This document shows, piece by piece, positions 10,390 through 19,191 of a DNA stretch of 64,000 nucleotides. The DNA lies in contig JBHJGN010000004.1 in NCBI GenBank assembly GCA_050331735.1, forward strand, positions 32,001 through 96,000, in the 5' to 3' direction. This DNA is from Cyanophyceae cyanobacterium. Lineage in GTDB: Bacteria; Cyanobacteriota; Cyanobacteriia; Cyanobacteriales; JBHJGN01. The position numbers and the translations under genes were made by a program. Within the stretch, counting starts at the first letter, position 1. Each line of letters starts with the position of its first letter. The notes under the pieces are model-generated. The model was not told where the DNA came from and did no database searches. It saw only the letters and a program-made list of their open reading frames with translations.

Positions 10390-13182
10390 GTGGCAAACTG
10401 GCAACACGACCTGCGATCGCAGTTTCTCGTCGAAGCCCGCGAGCACATCGAGCAGCTCGAAGCGGGTTTGCTCGGGATTGGCACCTCCGGCCTCACCCGA
10501 GAAGGACTGGATGCGCTATTGCGCGCTGCCCACTCCCTCAAAGGCGGAGCGGCCATGATGGAGCTGCTGCCCCTCAGTCATCTGGCTCATCGCCTCGAAG
10601 AAGTGCTCAACGGATTGCGCTCCGCTGCCCCTCTCGATATTGCCATCGAGGAAAAGCTGCTGCGGAGCATCGATGCCCTACGCCGCGTGGTCTCTCTCTA
10701 TCAGCAAGGAACAGCGGTGACAGAGACGTGGCTCCAGTCAGAGGCAGAGCCGCTGTTTGACGAACTCCAGCAGCATCTCGGCCCCCCGCCCCCGGAGGAG
10801 CCGCTTGTCCCAGAGACCGAGGGAAACCTCCAGCAGACTTTGTTTGAAACCGAAGTCGCTGCCTGTCTCCAGCGGCTAGAAACGGTGCTAGCCACTCCCG
10901 ACCAGCCCTGCCTGCGGGAAGAAATTTTGCTGGCGGCTCAGGAGCTCGGCGGTTTAGGGGAGATGCTAGAGCTAGATTCCTGGCATCAGCTCTGCCTGTC
11001 GATTCAGCAGCAGCTCGAAGACAGCACGACAGAGCAGACTGAGGCGATCGCTCGGTCGGCTTTGGAGCAGTGGTGGCGCGGACGAACGCTAATTCTCAAC
11101 GGTCAAGGAGAGGCTGTTCCCACGGCTGTCCGGGGAAGTGTCCCAGAGCAGTCAGCGCTAGTGGTAGACGTTAGCACAGACCTCGCAGCCACTTCACCAG
11201 CCGTCCCTGCTGAAATTGAGATTGCGTCAGGGCTGCTCCCTCCTTCCGCTCAGGAGACCGTGCGCGTGGCGGTAGAGCAGCTTGACCAGTTCAGCAATCT
11301 GTTTGGCGTACAGACCATCGAGCGCAATGGGTTAGAGCAGCAGCTTCAGGCCCTGCGTCGCTTAGTCGGTTTGCTGCACCAGAAAGGGCGGGTTCTCCAA
11401 GATGCCAATGCTCGCGTTCAAACCGCCTGCGACCAGATGGCCGCCACACCTTCCCGAATGCCCGCTTTCGTTTCTTCGAGCGGGAACGATGGACTAGACA
11501 TGGACCGCTACAGCGAGCTTCACCTACTGTCTCAGGAGGTTACGGAAGTAACGGTCCAGATTCAGGAAATTGCCGACGACCTTCAGTTGGGGCTAGAGGA
11601 CTCCGAACGCACGGTGCGAGAACTGGGGCGCAACTCTAAGCTGATGCAGAAGGGATTGACCCAGATGCGGATGCGCCCACTCTCTGAACTCCTAGACCGT
11701 TTCCCCCGGGCTCTGCGAGAGATGGAGCTGCACTACGGCAAAACAGTGCGTCTCCAGGTCAGCGGGGAAGCCACCCTCATCGATCGCACCATCCTCGATG
11801 TTCTCAACGAACCGCTGCTGCATCTGCTCCGCAATGCCTTTGCCCACGGCATCGAGGAGCCAGACCAGCGCCGCGCCTGCGGTAAACCAGCCCAGGGCAG
11901 CATCACCATTCGCGCTCGCTATCGCGGGCATCAGGTGGCAATTGCCGTTAGTGACGATGGGGGCGGTATTCCCTTTAACAAAATTCGGTTCCAAGCCCGC
12001 AAGAGAGGCTATGAGGGGCCTCTATCCCAGCGAGAACTGCTCAACCTGATTTTTGAGCCAGGATTTAGCACCGCTGAGCGAGTCACCAATCTAGCCGGAC
12101 GAGGCGTAGGCATGGACGTTGTTCGCACTAATCTTCGCCAGATTCGCGGCGATATTCAGGTCGAGACTCGTCCCGGGGCCGGAACCACCTTCACCCTCAC
12201 CGTTCCTCTCTCCCTTTCGGTTCTCAAGGTGATGCTGGTAGAGGTTAATCACCTGCTCCTCGCCTTTCCGACCAATACCGTCGAAGAAGTCTTGCTGCTC
12301 AAGCCCGAGATGCTGCTTCAGTCGGCGGGGAAAGAGTTCATCAACGTCGCCGGAGTCGTCATTCCCCTAGTCGAGCTCCGTCAGTGGCTTCAGCATCCCC
12401 AGGTCGAGCGCGGCACCATCGAAGCCGCTCCGGCGATCGATGCTTCTGTTGCGCTAATTTCAACGCGCGGCACTCATTTTTCCGCCCTGACCGCCGACCG
12501 TTACTGGGGCGAGCAGGAAGTCACCATTCGCCAGGTAGAAGGAAATCTGCCTCTGCCTCCCGGCTTTTCCGGCTGTACAATTCTCGGCGATGGACGTGTC
12601 GTCCCGTTAGTCGATGCGATCGCCCTCCTCAACTGGATTGAACAGGAACAGCGTCGCCCAGAACCAGCCGGTTTCCCCTCAGTTCCGAACGCGCTTCCTC
12701 AAGCAGAGCCGAATCTTCCGCCCACCGTTATGGTCGTCGATGATTCCGCGACCGTTCGCCGCTTTTTGGCGCTTGCCTTAGAGCGAGCGGGATATCGCGT
12801 CGAGCAGGCCAAAAACGGTCAGGACGGACTAGAAAAACTGCAACGACAGCCCGTACAGGCTGTCGTTTGTGACCTAGAGATGCCAGGAGTAGACGGCTAT
12901 AGTTTCCTCAGCCAGGTCAGAGCCAGTCCCGACTATCAGACCCTCCCCGTGATTATCCTCACCTCCCGCAGTAGCGACCAGCATCGCTCTAGGGCTATGG
13001 AGCTAGGCGCGAACGCCTACGTGGTCAAACCCTACAAAGAGCCGGAGCTTCTGCAACTCATTGAGCAAGTCCTCCAAGAGGAGGAAAGGGAATATCGCTA
13101 TGCGATGGGGAAAGGGGAAAGGGAAAAGGGAAATCTGTCCCTCCGGGACGGGAAAGAAAAAACAGTGAACAGTGAGCAGTGA
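10390..13182 (+). CDS. cheA: CheA-like hybrid kinase (Hpt-HATPase-CheW-REC)
   Basis: Hpt RAAHSLKGGA; HLLRNAFAHGIE; DDGGGI; GFSTA..GRGVGMDVV; C-terminal REC domain. Confidence 0.95.
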   Translation: MANWQHDLRSQFLVEAREHIEQLEAGLLGIGTSGLTREGLDALLRAAHSLKGGAAMMELLPLSHLAHRLEEVLNGLRSAAPLDIAIEEKLLRSIDALRRVVSLYQQGTAVTETWLQSEAEPLFDELQQHLGPPPPEEPLVPETEGNLQQTLFETEVAACLQRLETVLATPDQPCLREEILLAAQELGGLGEMLELDSWHQLCLSIQQQLEDSTTEQTEAIARSALEQWWRGRTLILNGQGEAVPTAVRGSVPEQSALVVDVSTDLAATSPAVPAEIEIASGLLPPSAQETVRVAVEQLDQFSNLFGVQTIERNGLEQQLQALRRLVGLLHQKGRVLQDANARVQTACDQMAATPSRMPAFVSSSGNDGLDMDRYSELHLLSQEVTEVTVQIQEIADDLQLGLEDSERTVRELGRNSKLMQKGLTQMRMRPLSELLDRFPRALREMELHYGKTVRLQVSGEATLIDRTILDVLNEPLLHLLRNAFAHGIEEPDQRRACGKPAQGSITIRARYRGHQVAIAVSDDGGGIPFNKIRFQARKRGYEGPLSQRELLNLIFEPGFSTAERVTNLAGRGVGMDVVRTNLRQIRGDIQVETRPGAGTTFTLTVPLSLSVLKVMLVEVNHLLLAFPTNTVEEVLLLKPEMLLQSAGKEFINVAGVVIPLVELRQWLQHPQVERGTIEAAPAIDASVALISTRGTHFSALTADRYWGEQEVTIRQVEGNLPLPPGFSGCTILGDGRVVPLVDAIALLNWIEQEQRRPEPAGFPSVPNALPQAEPNLPPTVMVVDDSATVRRFLALALERAGYRVEQAKNGQDGLEKLQRQPVQAVVCDLEMPGVDGYSFLSQVRASPDYQTLPVIILTSRSSDQHRSRAMELGANAYVVKPYKEPELLQLIEQVLQEEEREYRYAMGKGEREKGNLSLRDGKEKTVNSEQ

Positions 13183-13258
13183 CCAGGCTGGTTCATTTAA
13201 CTGCTCACTGTCAAGTCCCTCCCTTTCCCCCTGACCCTTTTCCCGCGCCAGCGGCGCA
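13081..13258. repeat. Dispersed hairpin repeat, copy 2 (overlaps the cheA 3' end)
   Basis: GGGAAA runs, gtccctccgggac, CAGTGA heptamers, and ccttttcccgcgccagcggcgc. Confidence 0.7.
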
Positions 13259-13278
13259 GCAAGTAACGGATACAAAGT

Positions 13279-13773
13279 ATGTCATTATCTCCCCTGCGGC
13301 TCCAACGATTAACGGCTCGTCAAACAGAAGCAACGCATCAGTTGATTACTTTTCGACTGCGAGAGGACTGGTTTGCTTTGCCAATTCGAGCCGTGCAAAA
13401 AGTAGTGGCTGGTGAAGAGGTTTGCGATCGCTCAGGAGCGGCTGGACGAGTGGCCACGTACCAAAACCAAGGATTGCTGATTATTGATGTCGCGCGTCAG
13501 ATCTTTAAGACTCCAGCCCTTCCAGGAACTGCCGCCACTTTACCTTCCCAGCGCGAACCCTACTTCGCGATCCTGCAAATCTCTGATGGAGGCATTGCCC
13601 TGCCTCTAGATTCCGCTCCGGTTCTTCGTCGCGTTCCTCTGTCTGCTCTATCTCCCGTCTCCGCTTCCTATCGGGCACAAGGAAATTTTTCCTGCGTTAG
13701 TGCTATGGTGATTGAAGAACGCGATCGCCCACCGCTCCTGCTCCTCGATCCAGAAAAATTGATGACAGCGTAA
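13279..13773 (+). CDS. Second CheW-like protein
   Basis: QLITFRLREDWFALPIRAVQKV...LLLLDPEKL; directly follows cheA. Confidence 0.75.
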   Translation: MSLSPLRLQRLTARQTEATHQLITFRLREDWFALPIRAVQKVVAGEEVCDRSGAAGRVATYQNQGLLIIDVARQIFKTPALPGTAATLPSQREPYFAILQISDGGIALPLDSAPVLRRVPLSALSPVSASYRAQGNFSCVSAMVIEERDRPPLLLLDPEKLMTA

Positions 13774-14125
13774 TTGTGAACTATTGATCGTTGGGTGTTG
13801 ATCGGGTCAGGGTTAAAGACGAGCTGGATTTGTTGGTAAGCATTCAACCTCTTCGATAAAATCCTAATCTTCTCTGGTCAGAACCCTGAGTCACTCAGTT
13901 TAATTAAGACGAATAGGAGCGGTTAAGAATCGCTGCGATTACACCCAAACCGGAATTCTTGTTTGGAGCTTGCGCTAGTAGACTTAGTTTGAGTAGCCGC
14001 ACATTTGCCAGGATAGCAGTGTAGCTGTCTGCCCCAAAAATTTTTTTCTGCGGAGAAGCTTTTATCGTCGGAGTGGGAAAGCTTAGTATTAGTGCATACG
14101 GCTCTCAACCAAATACGGCAAGATA

Positions 14126-14677
14126 ATGAAGATTGAAGAAATCGTTAAACAAGCCCTCAAAGAAGGCTATTTGTCTCCGACGATGGAATCCGAAGTCAGT
14201 AAAATTTGCGATCGCGCCTCGGAATTATCGGTTGAAGAATGCACTGCGTTAGAGGAGCTCATGGGGGCGCTACTCTCGGGAGAGGTGAAAACAACGCCTC
14301 GTAAAGAATTTATTAACGTCATGGAAGAATTAGTGCTGAGCGAGGCCATTGCTCGCGTTGCTCAAATTGAGGCCACGAGCGAACATACGCTCGATGTCGG
14401 CGATATTACCGCTTACGCCCTAAACCGACTCCCGCCTCTCTATGCTACGACAGAAGAAGGAGCCAGCTACCAGCGTCAAAGAGCTAAAGAAGAACTGCGG
14501 AATCTCATTCCGCAGCAGGTTGAGGCGGCGATCGCCCGATATTTGGATCGCCCGTCGTTTTTTCCAGAGCGGCAATCGCTCAGCAAAAATACGAGCGGAG
14601 ATGCGATCGCGCAAATTAGTCATCTCCTCCAGGGCTATGCCCCTGACTATGAAACGAAAACAGAAATCAGCGTCTGA
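14126..14677 (+). CDS. ComFB-domain protein (cyclic-dinucleotide receptor CdgR-like)
   Basis: NVMEELV...AYALNRLPPLYATTEEG ComFB motif; lies upstream of sigG. Confidence 0.8.
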   Translation: MKIEEIVKQALKEGYLSPTMESEVSKICDRASELSVEECTALEELMGALLSGEVKTTPRKEFINVMEELVLSEAIARVAQIEATSEHTLDVGDITAYALNRLPPLYATTEEGASYQRQRAKEELRNLIPQQVEAAIARYLDRPSFFPERQSLSKNTSGDAIAQISHLLQGYAPDYETKTEISV

Positions 14678-14761
14678 TTTGCTCGTTGAAGAATGTGGAA
14701 CCTTCATCAGAAAATAGCGGTCTAAGAGGAGAAGGATGGTGTAGTGTTAATAAATAAGTTA

Positions 14762-15418
14762 ATGAATCAATCTATTCCGCTCTCTTGGTCTAGTGTTGAG
14801 GTTAACTCTCCTCAAAGCTTGGTGCCCCCGGATAAACTCTCTAACTACGATTTGATTGTTCGCTGTCAGGAAGGCAACTCTCCTGATCGCATTGCCTTTG
14901 CTGAACTGCTGCGCCGCTACCAGTCTCACGTAGAGAAAGTTTTGTATCATCTGGCCCCAGACTGGAACGACCGCTCGGATTTAGCCCAAGAAGTGTGGAT
15001 TCGAGTCTACCGCAATCTGAAGCGTCTCCATGAGCCAGGTAAGTTTCAGGGCTGGCTGAGCCGCATTGCTACTAACTTGTTTTATGATGAGCTCCGCAAG
15101 CGCAAGCGCAAGAAGCCTCTTTCTCTAGACGCTCCTCGCCGAGTTAATGACGGAGAGATGGACTGGGAAATTGCCGATTTTGCCCCGGGTCCAGAAGAGC
15201 GCTTGACGACCCACGAATTTTACGAGCAGCTCCAGCAGGCGGTCGCCGATCTCCCAGAATCTTTTAGAACCACCATCGTGCTTCGAGAGATTGAGGGCAT
15301 GGCCTACGAGGAAATTGCCCAAATCACCGGAGTGTCTCTAGGAACCGTCAAATCCAGAATTGCGAGAGCTCGAGTCAAGCTGCAAGCCATCCTGCAAAAC
15401 TACCTAGAGGAAAGCTAA
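14762..15418 (+). CDS. sigG: ECF sigma factor SigG
   Basis: DLAQEVWIRVYR, WLSRIATNLFYDELRKR, YEEIA..GTVKSRIARAR; ATG at 14762. Confidence 0.9.
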   Translation: MNQSIPLSWSSVEVNSPQSLVPPDKLSNYDLIVRCQEGNSPDRIAFAELLRRYQSHVEKVLYHLAPDWNDRSDLAQEVWIRVYRNLKRLHEPGKFQGWLSRIATNLFYDELRKRKRKKPLSLDAPRRVNDGEMDWEIADFAPGPEERLTTHEFYEQLQQAVADLPESFRTTIVLREIEGMAYEEIAQITGVSLGTVKSRIARARVKLQAILQNYLEES

Positions 15419-15522
15419 TCGGTGTTAGGCAGGAGTGCGTGTCAGTCGGATAAATATTTTTTCTAGATTTTTACTTTTGCTGAAAGAGAACGGATAATAG
15501 AAGTAGCGCCGTCCGCATCACC

Positions 15523-15996
15523 TTGAACTTTGAGCCTCACACAACAAAAGCAATGGACAATTCTGAACGAGATCGCTTTGAACTATTAAGTGCTTATTTA
15601 GACGGGGAAGTAACGCCAGCGGAACGCCGTCAGGTGCAGCAGTGGTTAGACAACGACCCGTCAATGCAGCAGCTATATGCTCGGCTGCTGCGGTTACGGC
15701 AGGGGATACAGCATCTTCCCTGTCCTGATGTTCAGCAGCCGTCTAAGCAGTTAACCGAGGCCGTCTTTCAACAAATCGACAGACAGCGAAATCGGCGGAG
15801 AGCGCTTTGGGGAGGAGGAATTGCTGCACTGGTTATTGGCGCACTCTCGGGCTTACTGGCAGAAAGACCGCTCCCTCGTTTTGCTCAAGCACCAGAAAGT
15901 AGCTCCGAGCAATTAGTGATTGCTCTTAACAAACCTGCCGTTGCCATTCCCGCCGCCGCCACCCCTGCCGTCCTTCCATTAGAAACGCAAAAGTAA
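15523..15996 (+). CDS. Membrane-anchored anti-sigma factor
   Basis: RFELLSAYLDGEVT anti-sigma N-terminus plus one TM helix; downstream of sigG. Confidence 0.85.
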   Translation: MNFEPHTTKAMDNSERDRFELLSAYLDGEVTPAERRQVQQWLDNDPSMQQLYARLLRLRQGIQHLPCPDVQQPSKQLTEAVFQQIDRQRNRRRALWGGGIAALVIGALSGLLAERPLPRFAQAPESSSEQLVIALNKPAVAIPAAATPAVLPLETQK

Positions 15997-16000
15997 GGGG

Positions 16001-16162
16001 CAGTCCCTACAGGATGGGGAAAGGGAAAATCGCTCCGCGACGGGAATAGAACGCAAGAATAAGGAACATGCTGATTTATTCTGCCTTTCCCCCGCGCCTA
16101 GGAGCGCTTTCCCCTGACCCTTGTCCCGCAGCTTTGCTGCTCTCCCCGCGCCGGTGGCGCTT
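16001..16162. repeat. Dispersed hairpin repeat, copy 3 (overlaps the GGCT gene 3' end)
   Basis: gtccctacaggatggggaaagggaaaatcgctccgcgacgggaatagaac...cccgcgccggtggcgc. Confidence 0.7.
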
Positions 16163-16549
16163 TCCCGTCCACCATCCAGATGGCAGCAATACGCCGCCAA
16201 GCTGCTGGACCATCTCCCACGCCATCAGGTAAGCCCACGCGGTGCCAAGAGGCTCTCCAGCAGGAGTATAAATCGCTCTTTTCTGACGATAGTATTCGTT
16301 TTCTTGGGGCGGTCTGTTGGGCTGGTAATCTTCTAACTCGTCTAAGACCGTTAAAATTGACGGGTCGGGGAAAACTAGTAAAAAACCCTCCACTCGACTG
16401 TTGCCAGGAATCATCGCCGGGTAACCCAAAGGAAGAGTGAATAGTTCCCCCCAGGTATAGCTTCTGACCGCTTCTAGGACTTGCCCCGCACACAATCGAT
16501 GATTGATTTCTCCTGGCTTCAGAGTTCCGTAAGTAAACACCTTCTCCAC
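16076..16549 (-). CDS. Gamma-glutamylcyclotransferase (AIG2-like) family protein
   Basis: VFTYGTLKPGE...GYPAM...LDELEDY...YYR. Confidence 0.85.
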   Translation of the reverse strand: MEKVFTYGTLKPGEINHRLCAGQVLEAVRSYTWGELFTLPLGYPAMIPGNSRVEGFLLVFPDPSILTVLDELEDYQPNRPPQENEYYRQKRAIYTPAGEPLGTAWAYLMAWEMVQQLGGVLLPSGWWTGKRHRRGESSKAAGQGSGESAPRRGGKAE

Positions 16550-16581
16550 AACAAATCTTTGGTCATCCCCCTATGTTCTCT

Positions 16582-17520
16582 CTACTGATATAAATTAGAA
16601 GCTTTGAGCATGTGGTAGGTGATCAACAACTGCGTCAGCGCCAACGGGTAGCTTTGAATCGTTTCTCCGGTCGTGCCGACGACTTTACCGATGGTGATTT
16701 CGCTTTCTATCCGACAGACATGCGCTAGTTCAGGAACTTCAGAGCAAATCGTTTTTTCTAGGTCCGTTACTTGTTCTTTGGTAGCATGCCCATCAATTTC
16801 CAATACGTCAACGGGCTTGCCCATATCGCGGTCCAAACCTAAACGAATTGGAGACGGAGAGTGCAGGTGATGGGAATCAAGAATTTCGATTAAGTCTGGA
16901 TGGGGAATTGTTGGTCTGAGAACCAGCCGCACATTGAGACGACTATTACTTTCGTGGGATTCTGATTCCGGCGGATAGAAACTAACGATTAGATCCGCCC
17001 ACTGACGCTGAGGACGGATAAACTGCTCAGAATCGGGTTCGCGCTTTTTTAGCGCTCCAATCACTTGTTCTTCGGTGTAGCCGCGCTTGCGAGTGTCCCG
17101 CTTAACTTTCCAGGTTGTGCGTAGCGACTCTGGAGGAGCTAAATAGACCTTGACATCATACGCATCTCGAGCCCCGCGCGTATAGTATCCTAGTAAACCT
17201 TCAACAATGACAAACTGAGTCGGCTTAATGTATTCAGGCGGATCGAAGTCTCCGGTATCGTGGTTGTAAATTGGCTTGAGAATCGGCTGTCCGCTTCGCA
17301 ACAGAGTCAAATGCTGCTGCATAATATCAACATAGTTACAGTCAGGATTAAGGGCGGTAATGCCTAATTCGGAACGCTGCTTGCGGTTGTAGCGATGATA
17401 ATCATCGGTACAGATTACTGTTACTTTGTCTTCTCCGAGTATTTTTGCGATCCCTTTTGTTAAAGTCGTTTTCCCGGCGGCACTGTCACCCACAATACCG
17501 AGAATAATCCGTCGAGCCAT
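16582..17520 (-). CDS. prk: Phosphoribulokinase/uridine kinase family protein (PRK paralog)
   Basis: GIVGDSAAGKTT P-loop, CTDDYH, KPIYNH, IVEGL, WKVKRD..RGY; ATG at 17520. Confidence 0.8.
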   Translation of the reverse strand: MARRIILGIVGDSAAGKTTLTKGIAKILGEDKVTVICTDDYHRYNRKQRSELGITALNPDCNYVDIMQQHLTLLRSGQPILKPIYNHDTGDFDPPEYIKPTQFVIVEGLLGYYTRGARDAYDVKVYLAPPESLRTTWKVKRDTRKRGYTEEQVIGALKKREPDSEQFIRPQRQWADLIVSFYPPESESHESNSRLNVRLVLRPTIPHPDLIEILDSHHLHSPSPIRLGLDRDMGKPVDVLEIDGHATKEQVTDLEKTICSEVPELAHVCRIESEITIGKVVGTTGETIQSYPLALTQLLITYHMLKASNLYQ

Positions 17521-18014
17521 AAATTTCCCCTCAGCAGAAGTAAATGGTGCTTGCAACTCTCAATGGGATTAATTGTATAGGGAGAAGCAATCTCCTCGCA
17601 AAGCAAGCTGTCACAAATTGCGTAGCGGCAGCAAGACTTGAGCGGAAAACCGTCTGTCCTGGCGTAGAAGCAGACGCAATTGTTAGCAAAGCAAAACAAG
17701 AATGAGCTGAGAACATAGAGCATTAAAAATGTAGAAACAACCAACGCTCGCCGGAATTATCTAGAGTACTTCCGTGGAAAATCGACAATGCTCTACCGAT
17801 AAAGCGCTAAGTTTGTTATAAAAGTGTTGCTTTGACCCATAAAGATGGTTGAGCTTGAGCTGATGCTCATTTACTTTATTAGGAGCTTTAAAGCTCAAGT
17901 AAAAGCAGTCTGATCGAGTAAATTTCTGGTTCTAGCAAATCTAACCAACAAGGTTATACAAACATTGTTGAGCTGGGAAGATTAGAGTAAATTGCTTATT
18001 GGATTGCTATATCA

Positions 18015-19040
18015 ATGTGCAGATCGATTCAAAACACTCATATGAACATCTACTTTCATCAAAACATGCTGCGGTATTTAGGAATTTTGGCTGGTGCAGG
18101 GGCGCTGCTGATTGGGGTAGCGACTGCTGACGCACAGGCCCAAACAAATGATTCTGATTCAGCGATCCAGCTTGCCCAAAATCAGGAGAGGCGACGGGTT
18201 GCAGTGCTTGATTTCGACTTTAGCAGCATTAGTTCTCCCGATCTGCTGGCAGCCTTTCCGGGAATTGCGAGAGGAACGAGCGAGCTTTTAACCAATCAGT
18301 TGGTTAATGAAGGCTCGTTCTCTGTCGTGGAGCGCAGCCGCATTCAAAAGATTTTAGACGAACAGGATTTAGGCGAAGCGGGCAGACTAGATGCCAGTAC
18401 GGCTGCTCAAATTGGGCGAGTATTGGGAGTCGATGCCGTTATTGTGGGTAGCGTCACTCAGTTTGACGTGCAGGAGGAAAGATCTGGATTTAGCATTGGT
18501 GGCTTGTTTGGTGAGAGAAAGCGTACCATGACCGCTGATGTTCAGCTCAATGCTCGCATGATTAACACTAACACCGGAGAAATCATCTCAACAGCGGAAG
18601 GAACTGGCCAAGCCGAACAGCGCGACGGTTCTACTCAAGTTCTAGGAGTCGGTGGCGGTAGCGAAACAGATAATCGGCAGCAGCTTCTCAGCGAGGCGAC
18701 GAGACAAGCCGTGGCCGCCATTACCAACCAGCTAACCAATTCATCGGGGGATGTCGCTGCTGTCGGCAGTGGTCCTGAAGCAGCTCTCATTGCTGATATT
18801 ACTGGCGATACGGTAGTCCTGAATCGAGGCACTGCCAACGGCTATCGTCAAGGAATGCAGGTAGCGGTTGAGCGAGTTGCCAGAGAAATTAAAGACCCCG
18901 AAACCGGAGAAGTAATTCGCCAGGTAACTGAGCAAATTGGTTTGATTGAGCTCACAGACGTTGATCAATCCTCCAGCTTAGGGAGAATTCTATCGGGCTC
19001 TAACTTTCAAGTTGGAGACACAGCGAAACCCGTTCAGTAA
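18015..19040 (+). CDS. CsgG/HfaB family secreted protein with FlgT-like C-terminal domain
   Basis: Signal peptide; RVAVLDFDF; FSVVERSRIQKILDEQ; AAQIGRVLGVDAVIVGSVTQF; true start may be downstream. Confidence 0.8.
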   Translation: MCRSIQNTHMNIYFHQNMLRYLGILAGAGALLIGVATADAQAQTNDSDSAIQLAQNQERRRVAVLDFDFSSISSPDLLAAFPGIARGTSELLTNQLVNEGSFSVVERSRIQKILDEQDLGEAGRLDASTAAQIGRVLGVDAVIVGSVTQFDVQEERSGFSIGGLFGERKRTMTADVQLNARMINTNTGEIISTAEGTGQAEQRDGSTQVLGVGGGSETDNRQQLLSEATRQAVAAITNQLTNSSGDVAAVGSGPEAALIADITGDTVVLNRGTANGYRQGMQVAVERVAREIKDPETGEVIRQVTEQIGLIELTDVDQSSSLGRILSGSNFQVGDTAKPVQ

Positions 19041-19168
19041 AGCGCCTGCGGCGCGGGAAAAGGGCAAGGGGTAAAGGGAAAAGGGAATTATTCTTAAGCT
19101 TGTTCCTCAATCCTGTGTTCTTTTCCCGTCCTGGAGGGACGATTTCCCCATTCCCCGTCCCGAAGGGA
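19041..19168. repeat. Dispersed hairpin repeat, copy 4 (inverted relative to copies 2 and 3)
   Basis: Reverse complement gtcccttcgggacggggaatggggaaatcgtccctccaggacgggaaaagaac...cccttttcccgcgccgcaggcgc aligns with copies 2 and 3. Confidence 0.75.
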
Positions 19169-19191
19169 CATATAATAATCGAGTTCGATTA

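Noticed and set aside
9814..10446. Long antisense ORFs (210 aa here; also 59045-59689 and 27303-27809)
   Set aside because: They are shadows of well-supported genes on the opposite strand
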